Shown: piece by piece, positions 24,397 to 35,645 of the stretch
How the letters are laid out: the number at the start of each line of letters is the position of its first letter
How positions within the stretch are numbered: position 1 is the stretch's first letter
Assembly (NCBI GenBank): GCA_020536535.1
Contig: JAHLWZ010000242.1
Coordinates: 1-58,077 of the forward strand
Length of the DNA: 58,077 nucleotides
From: Pelomyxa schiedti
Taxonomy: Eukaryota; Protista; Evosea
Direction: 5' to 3'
The notes under the pieces: generated by a model
What the model was told of the DNA's origin: nothing
Databases searched by the model: none
Seen by the model: the letters and a program-made list of their open reading frames with translations, nothing else
Program-made: the position numbers and the translations under genes

Positions 24397-26230
24397 ATGA
24401 ACCAACCAACACGAGACCCAGGCGGTACTGGAACGGGGGACGGGGCGCCGTCGCAGCCGCAGTCGCAGTGCATCGCGGTGCGGGTGTCGACGGCCAACGG
24501 GCGGCTGTTCAGCCTGGACACCCGCAGCAACGTGTCCATCGGGGTGCTCCTGCACGCAGCCATCGACCTCATGCACGGCAACCACCTGTCGCGCTGCGCC
24601 CTCGACGGCGTGTCCCACCGCTTCGGCCCCTCGTCCTCGTCCTCGTCATCGTCCACGTCTGCTGCCTTGATGTTGGCACCGTCGTCGTCGTCCTCGTCGC
24701 AGCTTCCTCCCTCTGGTCCAGGTTGTTGCCTATTAATAGTCGCATATATTGTAGTTATGGGATCCTTAAGTATGGGATTTTGTGTTTTCTCACACAAATA
24801 TCTCTTTATGTGCAGTGAATAGTGCTGGCATAAGCAATAACAGTAGTACTGGAGGGAGGAGGGATTGGCAGGAGACCAGGGCTGGTACAGCAGAGAGGGG
24901 TGATGTTGGAGTTTGTGGGGTGGGAACAGGTGTTGGGGGTGTAGTAGTGGGGTGCAGGTGCAGGGGCATGTGTGAGTGTGATGGGGAATGTGGATGTGAC
25001 TGCCCTGATTGCAGTGGAAACCACGGGAGCTGGGAGGGGGGTGAATCAGAAGGATGGGCTGATGATGACTTTGGACTGTTCTTGGGTGACAAGGAATTGC
25101 CGATCCATGCAACATGTTATGACTGTGGACTCTCAAACTGGGTTGTCATGAACTTGGCTCCAAGGTTACAAGAAAACCTGGATCCATATGAAATGAATGA
25201 AATCCATGAAAGCCCAAATAGAATCACACAATAAATAATCTCAATCAAGACAGGGGCCAATAAACATTACTGTTGTTGTGAATCCTGCCAGTGAAGATAA
25301 CGATTCAACATTTTCTGGTGACAATTGTGGTGACTGTGTGCACTTGCAACTAGTACGAACAACAACAGTGGCAACTGTTAAGCAACAGTTGGCTCTGTCA
25401 TATCAATTCTTACCTGAAAATTACAATATTACACTGTGGGGGGCACCACTTTCAAATGGTTCCAGCCTGAAGGACTGCTATATAACCGAAGGATCAATTT
25501 TGGGTCTTGTTCCAAAGAGAGGACCCAGAGTTTTACTGTGTGTGCTTTCTTAATGGATGTTTTTCAATTGAGACGGTCCTCCAACTCATTCAAATTTCAT
25601 CCAGCGAACCTTGTAATATTCCCATTGTCATTACAGTTGTTAGTGGGTCTGCAGAATTTCAATTCGTTACTCATCCTTGTGATACTGTCAAATCAGTGCA
25701 ACAGGAAATTGCTCGGAAGTGGAGTGTTCCCCCATCCACGCAGGCATTGATGTTTGCAGGACATATGCTTAGTGGCAATTCTACATTACATCACTGTGGG
25801 ATAATAGGAGGTTCTGTACTTCAGCTGCACATTGCCGAAAATGTACCTCTAATACTTAAAAACAAATCCTTCATTATTTAATCTTTTAGGGGCATCTTGC
25901 TACAGCGAATTCCCTTCTGTAAGTCAATACTACCCTTCGCACGTTTGTATCACGTTCTTATGCCCAAATTATTAATAAAGGGTTCTCGTCAAACTACTGT
26001 TCCGATCAGACAACCAAATAATCAAGTTACGTTCCATGTCCAGTGTGACGGTGCAAGCATTCAAAGAAGCGATAGTACTGTATTTGTCACAGAACGGCAT
26101 TCAACTCCGGTCATGCGATTTTCACCTTGTTGCAAGAGGCAGTGAGATGTGTCTAAACTCACGCACTCTTGCACAGTACCTTTGCGTCCCGTCATCCACC
26201 ACTTTGGCTCTTCTCCTCGTTATCAGGTAA
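24397..26230 (+). CDS. Tandem ubiquitin-like domain protein (four Ubl repeats; the first is split by a long insertion)
   Basis: IAVRVSTANGRLFSLD..., FGLFLGDKEL..TCYDCGL, TTVATVKQQL..LWGAPLSNGSSLKDCYITEGSILGL, DTVKSVQQEIARKWSVPPSTQALMFAGHML..TLHHCGI and TVQAFKEAI..LVARGSEM..RTLAQY. Confidence 0.75.
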
Positions 26231-26308
26231 TGAAATAGTATATTTTACCAATCTTACGAAGTAAGCAATGAAGTACGGGAGCCAACGAATTACATTTCTG
26301 ATTTGAAC

Positions 26309-26920
26309 ATGGATTCTCTATCTTCACCACTGCTTGACCAAATTCCCGTCGCACCGCAACGCATTGCTGATGAACCATATATAGAAGCCCTGCTTGGAAC
26401 CCAGGCAGTGAGTACCCCAAATCCCACCGGTGCCTATGTTTCCAACTTCACCTTGAATACACCAACCGCATCAACTCAACCCAACTTCCAAATCCACACC
26501 CAGCCGGCCGTGATCCCTAGCACACCGGTACCCCAAATGCAGTTCACAGCACCAGCACACACCGCTCCCCCACCAACCATGGTACACACAGCACTACTCC
26601 GTACAAGAAACTCCGAATGTTCCTTCCCAGTGAATGTTCTCTATGAACAAACCCAAACAGACACCGAAATAGTCTCTGCCAAATTCATGGTAAGGAGCTT
26701 TTCCCCTATCCAAAAAAGAAACCCAAGACAGCAGCAAACCCAGCCATCGCATTCCCACAAACAAACCAATCCCACAACTCAGTACTGACCAAACCAAACC
26801 AAACCAACACAGATGGGACCGACCGGCGAACCAGTATGCGGCTGGGTCACGATTCCAAAGTCACTCGCATCGACATCAGGCTCATTCACATTCGCCTTTG
26901 GGGGTTCCCAAACGTCATAG
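26309..26920 (+). CDS. Hypothetical Pro/Thr-rich protein, two exons
   Basis: ORF 26303-26788 plus a plausible GT-AG intron to MGPTGEPVCGWVTIP..GGSQTS*. No recognisable domain. Confidence 0.35.
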
Positions 26921-27154
26921 ATAAAAAGTTCCAGTTTTCATGGAGCATTCAGCGACTGCCCACGTCTTTGACGACTTCAAGCTTTTTACAAATACTTCGG
27001 CAAACGCGCTGAAAAAGTGACAGCAGATATTCCAATCGGCGAACTCTAGATTCGCAAATCTTTACTTTAATTAAATTGGCATTAACTCGGGCTTAGAAGC
27101 ATTAAAACACAACACCCTTGGTTATTAAACTGCCACCAACAGAATATACGAAGA

Positions 27155-29366
27155 ATGACGGACGAGGGAGTGCCGAGGGTGTGTGTGTTGTGTAGATCTT
27201 GTGGGCGGCTGTCTTTTTACGGACTCATTTTTTTCCCAACCACAAAAAGGAAGGAGATCCCACCAGGTCACGGTCACGACAAAGCAAACGACATCCAGAC
27301 ACAAACCACGGTTCGAGCGATGACAGCGAAAGCGGGCATCATCGGCACCACCATTCGCACTCAAATTCCCATTCTCACTCTCGGCCGCACACTCGCGAAC
27401 ACGAACATAGCTCCCACCATCACCACGGCCACCACCATTCATCTGGTGCGAGAAGTGACAAGCAGGAGCAACGGCAGGCGCCGTTCGTGGTGGAAGAAAG
27501 TCCTGTTGTTTCACCAGTCCCACAGGGGATGGAGACTACAACTACAGCGACAACTGCAGCTGATGTGACGACGCCTACTTTCAGGTTTGTTGACGCCTTG
27601 TGTATTTGAGTTTTTACTAAGCACACTTGGCAGTACCACGAATAGCAAATCTATGGCTTCAGTGTTTGAGCCAGTGGATGTTGAGAGCAACCACAATTCG
27701 TATGGGCTGTTCACACTTCCGAGTTGTTGTCTGGGAGATGAAAATACATCTCCAGTCAAAGTGGAACGCCGTCGCGTGTGGTTCGCTCTCGCACTCGTTT
27801 CTGGTCTTACTGTAGGTGGACTCGTAGCATATGAGATGATCATAGGAGCCTTCTACCTAACAGCTCTTTGGAATCCAATTGAAAACTTTAGTACTATGGA
27901 TGTGGCGTTGTGTAACAGAGATTATGGATGGATTGAGGATCCTTCACTGAATGTTGGGCGTATGTGGAAAACCTTTTTTTTATTTTGCCATGTCAACTTC
28001 AGTAGATCAAATTGTTGGGATATTTAACCAGTCGGCGATATTCAGATTCACAATTTTGGAGAATTCCACATCCCAGGAATGGATTGAAGATAGAGTGGCT
28101 GATAATACCTTTTGGTTTGCTCTCATATTTCCGGAGAACTATTCTGATATTTTGCTTGGTAGACCACCTTCAAACAATACACCTTAACCAACACTTCTAG
28201 GCTCTTACACTGGTTATCCGCATATTGACTCAAATGGGACATACACCAATCCTGTGTTGGAGATTTATGACGAAGGGAAACAATACACAACAACTCTTCT
28301 AATGAGAAAAGTGGTATGTTTGTGCCACTTTCTTAGCGTTTGCCAATTTCCCCAGGAAACTGCCATGTTCGACAAGATTAACTATGGTGCAGCAGAGCTT
28401 CTACATAGTGGGGACTTTGGTGCCCAAGATCCTGATGCTCCTCTCGGTGTTCTCGTCACCCCCGTCTACAGAACGGGAATCAATCTGCATCCTGTAGGAA
28501 AATATGGATGGTAGGTGTACTATCAAATGAGTGTCCTATTTACAGTTGTAGGTACTTTGCCTCATACATTTCCCTTGTCATATTATGGATCTCTGTTCTT
28601 CTGTCACATAACCTTGTCTACCTGACGTTTCACCGAAAGTTGACTGAATCCGTCAAAATGAAGTTCTGGGTGATGGCGGCTTGCCGCTTTGTTATGTATC
28701 TTCTAAGCTCCTGTTCTCTGGGACTGTTCACAGCAATCATCATTTCTTGGTATGACATTCCAATAACAAACGGTACTCCCACCCTGATCTTGCTTGTATT
28801 TCACACTCACTTACAGGATTTGGAAAGCTCTTTCTTTTGTATTGGCTTGCAGCACTGGCGTTCGCGGGGATAATGTACAACCCACTCCTTCCTCCTTCTT
28901 TCAAGCTGAGATTTTACGTAGGTGCCCTCTGTTTTCATACATGAGTGAAGGTGGAATGATAGTTGCCACAATGTTGCTGATTCTCCAGGTATAACTTTCT
29001 AGGGATATTCTTAGTACTGACTAACTTCTTACCAGCTTGCTACCTGCGATGGAGTCTATGCACGCGACACTCTTCCGCCGTTCTTCCATGGAGTGGGCCC
29101 CATTTTACCGTTTTTTCACTGCGTTCCAATATTCCGGTACATTACCCTTGGTGAGTACTTTCTTTGAGCTCTTTGTTTTTTTCTTACTCACAACAGGAGC
29201 TTGTCACAATTCTATTGGAGAGCACGTTGGGGTCCTGTTTGCATGGTTCTTGGGTGGCTTTGCCATCTCAATTCCTGGGTGGTACTGGGAAATTGGAGAG
29301 AAAGCACTCAGAATGCTACTGCCAGTTTTTATAGATGCCTTTGACCACTTCTCTAAGGCTGTGTAA
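27155..29366 (+). CDS. DUF3533/SNG1-like (YhgE/Pip-related) multi-TM membrane protein with His-rich N-terminus
   Basis: TM1 ending ALWNP, luminal domain with FWFALIFPENYS, motif NLHPVGKYG|YFASY, then several TM exons. The N-terminal exon is rich in His/Ser repeats. Confidence 0.7.
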
Positions 29367-30103
29367 AAAGAGTAAAAAAAAACAACAATTTTGTGTTTTA
29401 AATAAAGTTCATGGTTTTACTCTGCACCACGGTATTACAGAGAAATAACGAAAAAACGCAAAGAAGCGAACAGTGGATTTTGTTTAATTTCCTATAGGGT
29501 GATGATCCCAAAAAGAAAAAAGGCAAACCGACACATGAAAAAAAGAAAAAAAAGCCAAACAAAATATTTTTTGTTTTGACACCGCCCGCAACGCCCTGCT
29601 CAGTGACAAAAAGTTCGTCGTACATCTAAAGGTCGATCGCCAACATCCGTTCCACTCAGTGTCCCCGGGTTATACGAAAAACAAAAACAAAAAAACAAAA
29701 AAACATCGGTACAAAGCCACAGGAACATCACGCCAACAGCAACAGCTACAAAAGCACCTCTACACCACAAACCCATAATAGGAACACACCAACAACAAAA
29801 ACAAACAAGGCCCTACTCCTTTTTTCCCCCCCTATTCAACAACCCCCTTTCGAGCAATCCAACACCTCCCATAAGACCATTCCCTTCGTCAAAAACCACC
29901 AAGGAACCAGCCAGCCGGGTTGTTCCCCGGCCGTCATCGGCATCATAAAACTGCGCCTTACATTCGCTCATCCACTTGCACGACCAGACTCGTAAACAAA
30001 AATTCATACGCTCACTCACACGCACACATTCCCGCACAAACAATATAAGAACCCATAATTCCGACTGAGCCCCACAACACACACCACGCCACCGCTTCAC
30101 TCA

Positions 30104-33100
30104 ATGAAGTTCTTTGGCTTCAGAAGCCGTTCTACGTCGGCGCCTGTCAGCGGGCCCGCTGCATCATCGACATCGACATCAACATCAACTACAACTTCAG
30201 CAACAACAGGCACCACCCCATCATCTGCTTCGGCGAAACGATCACCCCTGGGGACTGACACAAGCGGGTCAAGTGCCAGCACCACTTCGAGAGTGTCTAT
30301 TGTTTTGCTCGGTTGGTTTATTCTATAACCTCTTCTGTATATACCAACTCAATTTCTTTTTTTAACCTGTTCTGCTTTTATAACTTAACTTGAAATTCAC
30401 TGCAGGCCCCCCACAGTCTGGTAAAACGGTATTGTTTAAACAATTTGGAGAGTATTGCAAGACTACTGACTCATCATCAACACATTCACCAACACCCCCA
30501 CATTCCACTTCGACTGCACCACCATCAACTGCATCAAACACAACAACCAGTTCATCAGCAGCCACTGCAACTCCCCCCTCTTCTGCAGCTTCCTCAGAGG
30601 TATGCAACTCAAACAAGTTACTTGTACGAAAGTCGGCTATTGAATTCATGCTGCAACTCATTGACTTGTCAAGTAAGCTTGGGCTTGAGGTGGAGGAGGA
30701 AAATCAGGTAGGAACAGTACACAGACCCTTCTTTTGTTTAAACATAAAATTAGGCAATATGCAACACGTTGCGAGACATCGATTTGAAAAATCTGGATGA
30801 AGTTGCATCAGCAAAAATTTCGTACTTTCCTAATCTCCTCATCGTTGGGTAATAATGGCATTCAGTGTTGACATTGCCAGATTGTACCACGACAAAGCCA
30901 TTAAAAAAGCTAGACGGAGCCCTATTTTCTCTTCTCGAGCCCAAGCAAAAATGTGTGCTCAATAGACAGTTCCTTTTTTTTTTTTTCTTAAAGTGGAAAC
31001 AAAAGTCTTTTTGAGAAGGAAAACAGTATATTTGAGGGCGGATTTGTTCCTGAAAAACTTGATATTCTTTCCGCATATGATCCCTCTCCAGACCAACCTT
31101 GCACAATTACGACTTCTAATACAGAGATAGAGTAACAAGCCCAGCTACATAACAATACAAGAGTAACAAATACAACAACTAGGCTCTCGGTCTTGTCTTC
31201 CAAACTGTTTAATCCAGGGGCATTACCCCCTAGTGTACCACCGCCATTTGTGTGCATTTTTGTTCTCCCTTTGGACAGGTACAATTCTTTCTTACATTAT
31301 ATTGAAGCCAACCAAATTCTTCAGGTTCGACTCGCATCTCGATCCAACTAAGGATCCTTCCACTACCGGTTCCTCCTCCTTCCATAAGGAGTGCACTAAC
31401 AATAATTTAGAGACCTCTGCAGCTACTGTATCTATTGTTCTGTAGTCAATTTTTTCCTAATATGGATAGGCCGTTCAGAATCCTTTAGTGCAGTCTATGC
31501 AAATGCTGGCGGATATAGTTAACACAGACGGAAAACTACAAGATACAAAACATGTGGTTGTTGTCTTATCGCATGCTGATGTCTTCGAGGCTAAGTGCCA
31601 GAAAACTGATTTGGCGTGTTGTTTCTCCAAGTTTTCTGGTTCATCCCTTTGTAGTATTTCTCTGATTTAATGTAAATGTTAGGTGGTTGTGATCCTGATG
31701 CTGCTCTGAAACATGTGACAACCGAAGTGTCAGCAATTTTTTCTGCCAAAGAACGTTCCTACAAAGTTCGTTCTGCTTCCACTCCTGTATTTCTCTAATT
31801 GGCTTTTTGTAGTACACTGTGTTCTCGGGCTGCTTATTGGAGGACTCGCAAATGTCACAAGTTCTTTCTGAAATAATGACACTCTCCAAAGCTTGTGCCG
31901 TTCCCATTACAGTGCGTTTTACATATGCAATATCTTTACTAACAATTACAACTCTTAGCCAAAATCACCCACACTGGTGAGCCCTTCTGGTACAGCACCT
32001 GTCCCATCCTCAACTTCCGCATCTGCTTCAGCATCAACAACTACAAGTGCTGCAGCTTCGCCCTCCCCTAAAAAGAAACTAAATATAAAGCCTCAGAAAA
32101 CTGCAGAGAAGAAAAAACTCAAATTAAAAGTAGGTTTATACATGACATTCTCACCAATGAACTCACTCTTTCAAGTCAGGTGCAGGAGAACTCCAAGGAA
32201 GAAGGCCCACAATGGAGGATACACATATAACATCTGACTCTGTTGTTGTTGATGGCATTCCAACTAAGATTCAGTTAATACAGATAACATACCAAATTCC
32301 GTCACCTCTGACATCTCCAGTGTCTCCCTATACGGTGTCTTTGATGGACATGGCGGGTCTGAATGTGCACATGTAGTTGCAGATACGTTGCCAAGAGAAA
32401 TATTTGCTGACCCACAAATATTATGCGGAGAATTCGAACAAAATTTCAAAAGTAGCTTTGCGCGAATTGATCAGGTAGATGACTGTGTTCTTTTCGCTTT
32501 CTTACCTCCCCAGGCGGTAATTCCGAGGTCTGGGAAAAGTGGTTCCACTGCAGTTGTGGCAATACTTTTGGATAAAACTTTACTTGTTGCAAACCTTGGT
32601 GATACTGAATGCGTTCTTGGTACCCTGGGCTCCAGTGGAACTTACCAGGTTTAACTCAAGTTACCCATTACTCTTATAATTCTTCATTGTTAGCCGGAGC
32701 TATTGTCTAAGAAACACACTCCCGGAGATGCCGAGGAAAAAACGCGAATCACATCAAATGGAGGATTCGTTTTCTCTGGCCGTATTTTTGGCACACTGGC
32801 CGTCAGCCGGGCGTTTGGAGATGCTGGCTACAAAGTACACAACTCTACACACTTCTTCCTACAAAATCTCTGACAAGTATTTCAGAAATTCGTGGTTCCA
32901 GATCCACATGTTACTATAAGACCTCTCACTAGGAAAGACGGCTTTCTTATTATTGCATGTGATGGGTGAGTTACTTCTCCCAATATTTGCACTAATATTT
33001 CTTAGTCTATGGGAAAAATTCAACTATGCTGAAGCGGTTGAAGTTGTTGCCTCCAACAAAGAGCTTGGCCGTTCACCTGAGGCAATAGCACAGCTGCTAT

Positions 33101-33171
33101 GTACCCAGGCTTATGAGAGGGGTTCCTCTGACAACATCACTGTTGTGGTAATTCTTTTCACTTGGGCATAG
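30104..33171 (+). CDS. spnA: Spalten-like protein: divergent G-alpha domain + S/T/P/K linker + PP2C phosphatase
   Basis: G-alpha-like: IVLLG|PPQSGKTVLFKQ, LYHDKAIKK, FVPEKLDIL, VVVLSHADVFEAK..CCFSKFSG. PP2C: GRRPTMED, YGVFDGHGG, GSTA, VANLGDTE, LAVSRAFGD, IIACDG|LW, GSSDNITV. Same architecture as Dictyostelium SpnA. Confidence 0.88.
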
Positions 33172-33358
33172 AGCAAGCCATTGCTTTCCCTTGTCTGAGA
33201 ATTGTAGAAAAAAAAAAGGTTTTGTTTTTGAAGATACGCGTATCTTTCTCCGAAGGCAAAATTGGAAAAGGAAGAACAAAACTGGGTTTTGTGGATTATT
33301 AAAGACGATCTACACTACAACTAGTTGTAACGAGTATTCACAACACATACAGAATTAC

Positions 33359-34257
33359 TCAGTACGAAGACAACTGTCTAGGTAGACCACAGTCAGGGGG
33401 AGAAAACCGCAGTAGACCGAACCCATCATCGCCGTCCTCCTCAACAGAGTACAAGCCCCTGCTGATTTTCCCGGGACTCGGCAGCAGCCCGTAGAAGGTG
33501 GCGCTCATGGGGCTGAGGGTCACGGGGGAGACGGACGGGGACGAGGCCGGGGACACCGGGGAGCAGGAGACCGGCGGGCTGAGCGAGCCCCTGTGGGGGT
33601 ACGAGTTGGAGCCGGGGCTGGGGCGGGAGTGCGTGGGGCGCGGGGGGAAGTAGCAGGCGTCCGGCTGCAGGAAGTCGTCGTTCATGACCACCGGGTTGGT
33701 GGACCGCCGCGGGGGCGAGCACGAGTAGGTGACCAGCGAGCTGCTGTTGCTGCAGCAGCCCCCGGCTGAGCTGGCCGGCTTGGGTGTCGTCGAGCACGAG
33801 AGCATGGGGGTCGTGGAGTGCTGGCGGTGCTGCTCGAGGGGCGAGAAGCAGCTGGGGCCGCACTCTTCGTCGTCCGCGGGGGGCTGCTCTTGCGAGTCCT
33901 CCATTTCGAACGGCAGGAGGGCGGGCTGGGACGAGCGCAGGCCCGAGAATATCAACCACAGCTCCTCGTCGACTTCCGAGGGTGGGGGCGGCATCTCTTC
34001 GACTTGTGCGCTGTGGAGCTGGAGCTCGTGCTCGCCCCTGCTGCGATAGAACAATACGTTAGTCCCTTGTTCTGGGGGAAAAAAAAAAGAAAAAAAGGGG
34101 GAGGAATGGGTGAGGCGAAAGGTCAAAATAAATGTGTGGATGCCTCAATCCCCGGGTGTGTTGTGTGAGGTTCAACGTTGTGGTTTTATTGTTTTTTTTT
34201 GTTGTTTCGTCGTAGTGGCGACGAGGAGTACCATGCTGAAGATGTCGAAGGTTTCAT
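33359..34257 (-). CDS. Hypothetical Ser/Pro-rich protein, two coding exons
   Basis: GC3-rich long exon (ORF 33359-34126) preceded by a branch point and AG. The short exon MKPSTSSA splices in frame. Confidence 0.55.
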
Positions 34258-35645
34258 AGCTTTCGGTGCAAATATGACACGCTCGCCATGGTGTCTACTG
34301 CAACAGTACGTTAGTTCCTTGTTCTGGTGGAAAGACACAAAGTACAGACTACACGATAACTAACAACAGACAAACAACGTACTCGAATTCGCATGTCATT
34401 GAGGAAAAGAATGAAGGCTTGCCGACGGTTCGTCTTTGGGGTTGTGGTTTGGAGAAAAAAATTTGAAATGCAAGAAAATGAAGAACCGACGGCCTTATAT
34501 TGGAACCGCAACTGCGGGGGCATCAAAATCTGTTACCATATCAGGAACGCCGTTGGGGGATCTGAGGACGAAACCTGTGCTCAGCCCCTTTTTTAGTTTT
34601 GGAAGATAGACGAATAGCAAAGAAGTTCCTATCGCGTCGCTTCAAGGGACACTCCGATTGCTCGATCTTAAATTTAATTTGGTTTGACGATAGGCGTGGA
34701 ACAACAACCAGTTGTTCGTTGAGGTTCTCAGGTTCAATTGAACAACTGTCCAGGAAGCCACTGCACTAGTTAGAACCCGTTGGAAACATTTCAGTTTTGT
34801 CCATTTGGAGGTGAACGTTGGGGGCCACCTCATAATACAAATCCTTGGCCTGACCAGTATTGCTGCCTCGAAGGGTTCAATTTGGAACATACGATGAATT
34901 TGGCACGGTAAGGCCCAGAACCTGCCACTCTTGGGCACTCAGGCTCCTTAAATGCAGTGAGGGTCTCTGCGATAAGGGGTGTGTTAGGTACATTTGTTGC
35001 ATCAGTTGTCACTTCTACAGTGACAACAGCCCGGCCGTCCTCTGCAGGTACGTGCACAATTCGGCATTCACGCTCATTCAGCGTGGTTCGGTCACTTACT
35101 TGCATAGTACTTCGTTATGAGATGGATGTATGTCGCCGTACAGAATCGGTGGCATGTAACATCGCTGGGGTAGATCTCCCGTCTCCTAACATCTCTTTGG
35201 TTTTTTGGTTTCCTTTGTTTCTGATGAAGACGAAATGATGGGTCCAGATAAGGGAACCGGGCACTTCTTGCAGATTGGTCAATCCGTGTTTGCAAAGAAT
35301 AGAACCCAGTTTGAGGCTCTCACTGGACCAAGTAAAGGTGCACCCATGGTTCACAGGGCAGCAGGTGGAAACAACACCGGAGGATGTGCACATGATGGGT
35401 TCCTCTTAAGTCACCCATCCCCCGACGACCCCACCAGCCCACACCTCATTGAGCCACCTTCCCAACAGAAAAAAACTGTTTTGAATAAAAACAAACAAAC
35501 ATCTCTCTTCTTCTTTTTTTTTTTTCAAAATTGCTTGAATGGAAGGGAAATGTTTGGCAAAACCACCAAAGCATAGGTGTGGCGAGGTGACTTCGCGTCG
35601 CTGTAGTTCTAAGTACGGTTCTAATCACTGATGTATTTCTGTCTG

